From assembly GCA_965227925.1 (NCBI GenBank), contig CBDDGP010000003.1, positions 869,472-933,471 on the forward strand: a stretch of DNA of 64,000 bases. The letters run 5' to 3'. The position numbers and the translations under genes are program-made. Source of the stretch: Wenzhouxiangellaceae bacterium (GTDB lineage Bacteria > Pseudomonadota > Gammaproteobacteria > Xanthomonadales > Wenzhouxiangellaceae). Positions 59,958 through 64,000 of this stretch are shown here, one piece after another. The number at the start of each line of letters is the position of its first letter. Position 1 is the first letter of the stretch. Under the pieces are notes generated by a model. It searched no databases. It worked only from the letters and a program-made list of their open reading frames with translations, and was not told where the DNA came from.

Positions 59958-62360
59958 TTACCCTCTCAGCATCACTCCACACGCTTCGTTCAGGGTCTTG
60001 ACCACCCCGTCGACGACACGATCTGCGTCGGCATCGGTAAGGGTGCGCGAAACATCGCGAAGAATCAAGCCTATAGCGATCCCTTTGAAGCCCGATTCTA
60101 TCCCCTTTCCGCTGTATGTGTCGAATATCCTGCATTCGGCCATCAGCGGACCGCCGGCCGAGCGGACCGCGGAGACGAGCTCGGCCGCCGACAACGTGTC
60201 CGGGACCGCCAGCGCCAGATCGCGTCGAACCGAAGGAAACCGCGACAATCCGGCGTACTCCGGGAGCTCGCGCCGCTCGAGCGGCCCGAGGTCGATTTCG
60301 GCGACGAACAGCGGAAGATCCAGCTCGAACGCTTCGCCCAGCGCCGGGTGCAGCTGGCCCATCCAGCCCACCTCGCGGCCGTCGAGCTCGATCACCGCGC
60401 ACTGGCCCGGGTGGAGCCAGGACCGACTGGCCGATGCGGCAGTCAGTGAGCCGTGGGCGTGCCCGGCCAGCGTGAACAGCTGTTCGACCTCACCCTTCAG
60501 ATCGAAAAAATCCACCGCGCGACGCTCCGTGTTCCAGGCCTCCGGCAGCACGTCTCCGGCCATCGCCAGGCCCAGGCGGCGGGTTTCGGCAAACGCCTCA
60601 CCGCCGTCGCCGCCCCGCCCCGCCTCGAACACGTGGCCGGTCTCGTACAGACGCAGCCGGCGAAGCTGGTGACGCAGGTTGGAGGACGCGGTATCGAGCA
60701 GACCCGGCAGGAGACTGGTTCGCAGCACCGCCATGTCCCGGCTCAGGGGGTTGGCCAGCGGCTGGGCGCGCTCGGCCAGGCCGAGCCGCTCCAGCGAGGC
60801 CTGCGGCACGAAGCTCCAGGTGATGATCTCGCGGAACCCCCGGGCCTGCAGCGAAAGATCGAGGACAGCCAAAGGCGTCGAGCGTTCGCTGGCGACCGCG
60901 GCGCGCAGCCGGCCGCCGGGCGCACGGGTCGGCAGGCGATCGTAGCCCACCACGCGCGCGATCTCCTCGATCAGGTCGACTTCGATCTCCAGGTCGCGGC
61001 GCCGCGACGGAGCCCGCACGGAGATCCGCTCTCCGTCGACTTCGCCGTCGACCTGCATGCCGAGGCGCCGAAGCACGTCGAGCATCTCGTCGCGCTCCAG
61101 GGCCGAGCCGAGCAGGCGATTGACCCGCTCCGGCCGAAACTCGATGGTCGACCGGGCCGAACGATGCGCATCCGATCGAACGTCGATGGTCGGACCGGGC
61201 TCGCCGCCGGCGATATCGACGATCAGCGCGGTCGCCCGCTCGAGCGCGACGGCCTGGAGTTCCGGATCGACGCCGCGCTCGAAGCGGTGCGAGGAGTCCG
61301 TCGCCAGCCCGAAGCGGCGCGCCTTGCCGGTGATCACGGCCGGGTTGAACCAGGCCGACTCGAGCAGGATGTCGCGCGTCGAACCGGTCACGGCGCTGGC
61401 CGCGCCGCCCATGATGCCGGCCAGCGCCACAGGACCGGCGTGGTCTGCGATGACCAGCAGGTCGGGATCGAGGTCGATCCGCTGCTCGTTCAGAAGCTCC
61501 AGCGTTTCACCCTGCTTCGCACGGCGCACCCGGATTCCGTCGTCCAGGCGATCCAGATCGAAGGCGTGCATCGGCTGCCCGAGCTCGAGCAACACGTAGT
61601 TGGTCACGTCGACGATCGGGCCGAGGCTGCGGATTCCGCAGCGCTCGAGGCGCTGGACCATCCATGGCGGCGTCTGCGCGCCCGAATCGATGCCTTCGAT
61701 GACCCGCCCGACGTAGCGCGGGCAGGCCGCAGGGTCGTCCAGGGCAATCGGAACTTCGCGCCGTCCAGCGGCGGCCACCGGCTCCAGCGGGGGCGGAGTC
61801 AACTCGGCATCGTCCAGCGCGGCCAGTTCGTGGGCGATTCCGCGAATCGACAGGCAATCGGCCCGGTTGGGCGTGAGATCCAGCTCGATGACATGATCCG
61901 GCAGGCCCAGCGCATCGGCCAGCGGCCGCCCCGGCGACAGGTTCTCGGCCAGTTCGAGCAGCCCCGACGCATCCTCGCCAAGGCCCAGCTCGGGCGCCGA
62001 GCACAGCATGCCCGACGAGGCCACGCCGCGCAGTTTCGCGGCCTTGATCTTCATGCCGTTGGGCAACCGGCTGCCGATCGTTGCAACCGGTGCGACCAGC
62101 CCCTCTCGCGCATTCGGCGCGCCGCAGACGATCTCCAGGGGTTCGTCGGCTCCGACGTCGACCGTGCAGACCCGCAGACGGTCGGCATCCGGGTGCGGCG
62201 TGCAGGCCGTGATCCGGCCGACCACCACCCCGTCGAGCCCGTCGCCGAGCCGGACGAGATCGTCGACCTCGAGCCCGGCTCCGGTCAGGCGCTCGGCGGC
62301 CTGCTCGGCCGTCCGATCGGTCCGGACCCAGTCGCTGAGCCATTCATAACTGAAACGCAT
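59958..62360 (-). CDS. pheT: phenylalanine--tRNA ligase beta subunit
   Basis: 800 aa. MRFSYEWLSDWV... is the tRNA-binding domain, followed by B3/4, B5 and FDX-ACB domains. The gene is downstream of pheS. Confidence 0.96.
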   Translation of the reverse strand: MRFSYEWLSDWVRTDRTAEQAAERLTGAGLEVDDLVRLGDGLDGVVVGRITACTPHPDADRLRVCTVDVGADEPLEIVCGAPNAREGLVAPVATIGSRLPNGMKIKAAKLRGVASSGMLCSAPELGLGEDASGLLELAENLSPGRPLADALGLPDHVIELDLTPNRADCLSIRGIAHELAALDDAELTPPPLEPVAAAGRREVPIALDDPAACPRYVGRVIEGIDSGAQTPPWMVQRLERCGIRSLGPIVDVTNYVLLELGQPMHAFDLDRLDDGIRVRRAKQGETLELLNEQRIDLDPDLLVIADHAGPVALAGIMGGAASAVTGSTRDILLESAWFNPAVITGKARRFGLATDSSHRFERGVDPELQAVALERATALIVDIAGGEPGPTIDVRSDAHRSARSTIEFRPERVNRLLGSALERDEMLDVLRRLGMQVDGEVDGERISVRAPSRRRDLEIEVDLIEEIARVVGYDRLPTRAPGGRLRAAVASERSTPLAVLDLSLQARGFREIITWSFVPQASLERLGLAERAQPLANPLSRDMAVLRTSLLPGLLDTASSNLRHQLRRLRLYETGHVFEAGRGGDGGEAFAETRRLGLAMAGDVLPEAWNTERRAVDFFDLKGEVEQLFTLAGHAHGSLTAASASRSWLHPGQCAVIELDGREVGWMGQLHPALGEAFELDLPLFVAEIDLGPLERRELPEYAGLSRFPSVRRDLALAVPDTLSAAELVSAVRSAGGPLMAECRIFDTYSGKGIESGFKGIAIGLILRDVSRTLTDADADRVVDGVVKTLNEACGVMLRG

Positions 62361-62399
62361 GGAAACGTCTCCAGGATTCGGAGTTCGAGCCCGCCCCGC

Positions 62400-63422
<1,023 letters not shown>

Positions 63423-63779
63423 TCAGGACAGCTGAGCCTGTGCTTTCTCGGCCAGGGTCTTGAATGCGACCTTGTCGTTGACGGCCAGTTCGGCCAGCAT
63501 CTTGCGGTCGATCTCGATCTCGGCCCGCTTCAGCCCGTTGATGAACCGGCTGTAGGACAGACCGTGCTCGCGAGCGGCGGCGTTGATGCGCTGGATCCAC
63601 AGCGAGCGGAAATCACGCTTGCGCTGACGGCGATCGCGGTACGCGTACTGACCGGCCTTGATGACCGCCTGCTTGGCGACGCGAAAGACCTTGCGACGTG
63701 CGCCGTAATATCCCTTTGCACGGCTCAGGACCTTGCGGTGACGGCGGCGTGCGACCACTCCACGTTTTACTCGTGCCAT
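63423..63779 (-). CDS. rplT: 50S ribosomal protein L20
   Basis: [70 protein letters not shown]... Confidence 0.97.
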   Translation of the reverse strand: MARVKRGVVARRRHRKVLSRAKGYYGARRKVFRVAKQAVIKAGQYAYRDRRQRKRDFRSLWIQRINAAAREHGLSYSRFINGLKRAEIEIDRKMLAELAVNDKVAFKTLAEKAQAQLS

Positions 63780-63791
63780 GTCTCGTTCTCC

Positions 63792-63989
63792 TTAGAGCTT
63801 CGGAAGCATCTTGCGAATGGCCTTTTCATCGGCCTTCGCGACCAACGACGTCGAGCGCAGGCGACGCTTGCGCTTGGTATCCTTCTTGGTCAGGATGTGG
63901 CTGTGGAAGGCGTGCTTGCGCTTGATGCGCCCGCTGCCGGTCTTGCGGAAACGCTTGGCGGCGCCCCGGTTGGATTTCATCTTGGGCAT
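63792..63989 (-). CDS. rpmI: 50S ribosomal protein L35
   Basis: [45 protein letters not shown]... The ATG at 63989 lies 6 nt downstream of AGGAG. The TTG at 63995 in the ORF track is an unlikely start. Confidence 0.95.
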   Translation of the reverse strand: MPKMKSNRGAAKRFRKTGSGRIKRKHAFHSHILTKKDTKRKRRLRSTSLVAKADEKAIRKMLPKL

Positions 63990-64000
63990 GTGCAACTCCT

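Overview
High-GC (about two-thirds G+C by eye) gammaproteobacterial-type chromosomal segment, almost entirely core metabolism and housekeeping genes.

Gene content, left to right:
- phhAB (phenylalanine hydroxylase and its pterin dehydratase).
- A translationally coupled MoxR / DUF58 / transglutaminase triad, then an Slp lipoprotein.
- lexA with an SOS box.
- An omega-amidase-like gene, a DUF1499 protein, and a large TolB-propeller/PHP hydrolase.
- A heavily rearranged tRNA-Ser(CGA) locus.
- alaX, a GST and deaD.
- The leucine/isovalerate catabolic block liuB-C-D-E plus an SDR. liuC is frameshifted.
- mscS, an ATL protein, trmJ and suhB.
- A contiguous cydA-B-D-C operon.
- ldh, ivd, an SLC13 transporter and a thiolase.
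- A serine hydrolase, yjbQ, a POT peptide transporter and a DUF4105 protein.
- A tricorn-like S41 protease, two tandem Sel1-like secreted paralogs and a 1176-aa (from the preferred start) secreted S8 protease.
- gyrA, mtnA, ppiA, lpxH and folE2.
- The conserved rpmI-rplT-pheS-pheT-ihfA-merR-tRNA-Pro block.

The only clearly accessory DNA is a ~1.8-kb low-GC islet at 57.3-59.2 kb. It sits at tRNA-Pro(GGG) and is bounded by an exact 45-nt direct repeat of the tRNA 3' half. It has no integrase. It carries an overlapping two-gene module: a 261-aa protein in which I recognise no domain, followed by a PIN-domain nuclease with a C-terminal extension. This is my best candidate for an undescribed toxin-antitoxin or defence-type system.

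The second unusual region is the tRNA-Ser locus. It has tandem partial duplications on both sides of the gene. A 91-nt GC-rich element sits at the same AT|TCGA junction in T-loop-like and D-loop-like tRNA fragments.

Many long ORFs in the supplied track are GC-driven shadow or alternative-frame ORFs and are not called.
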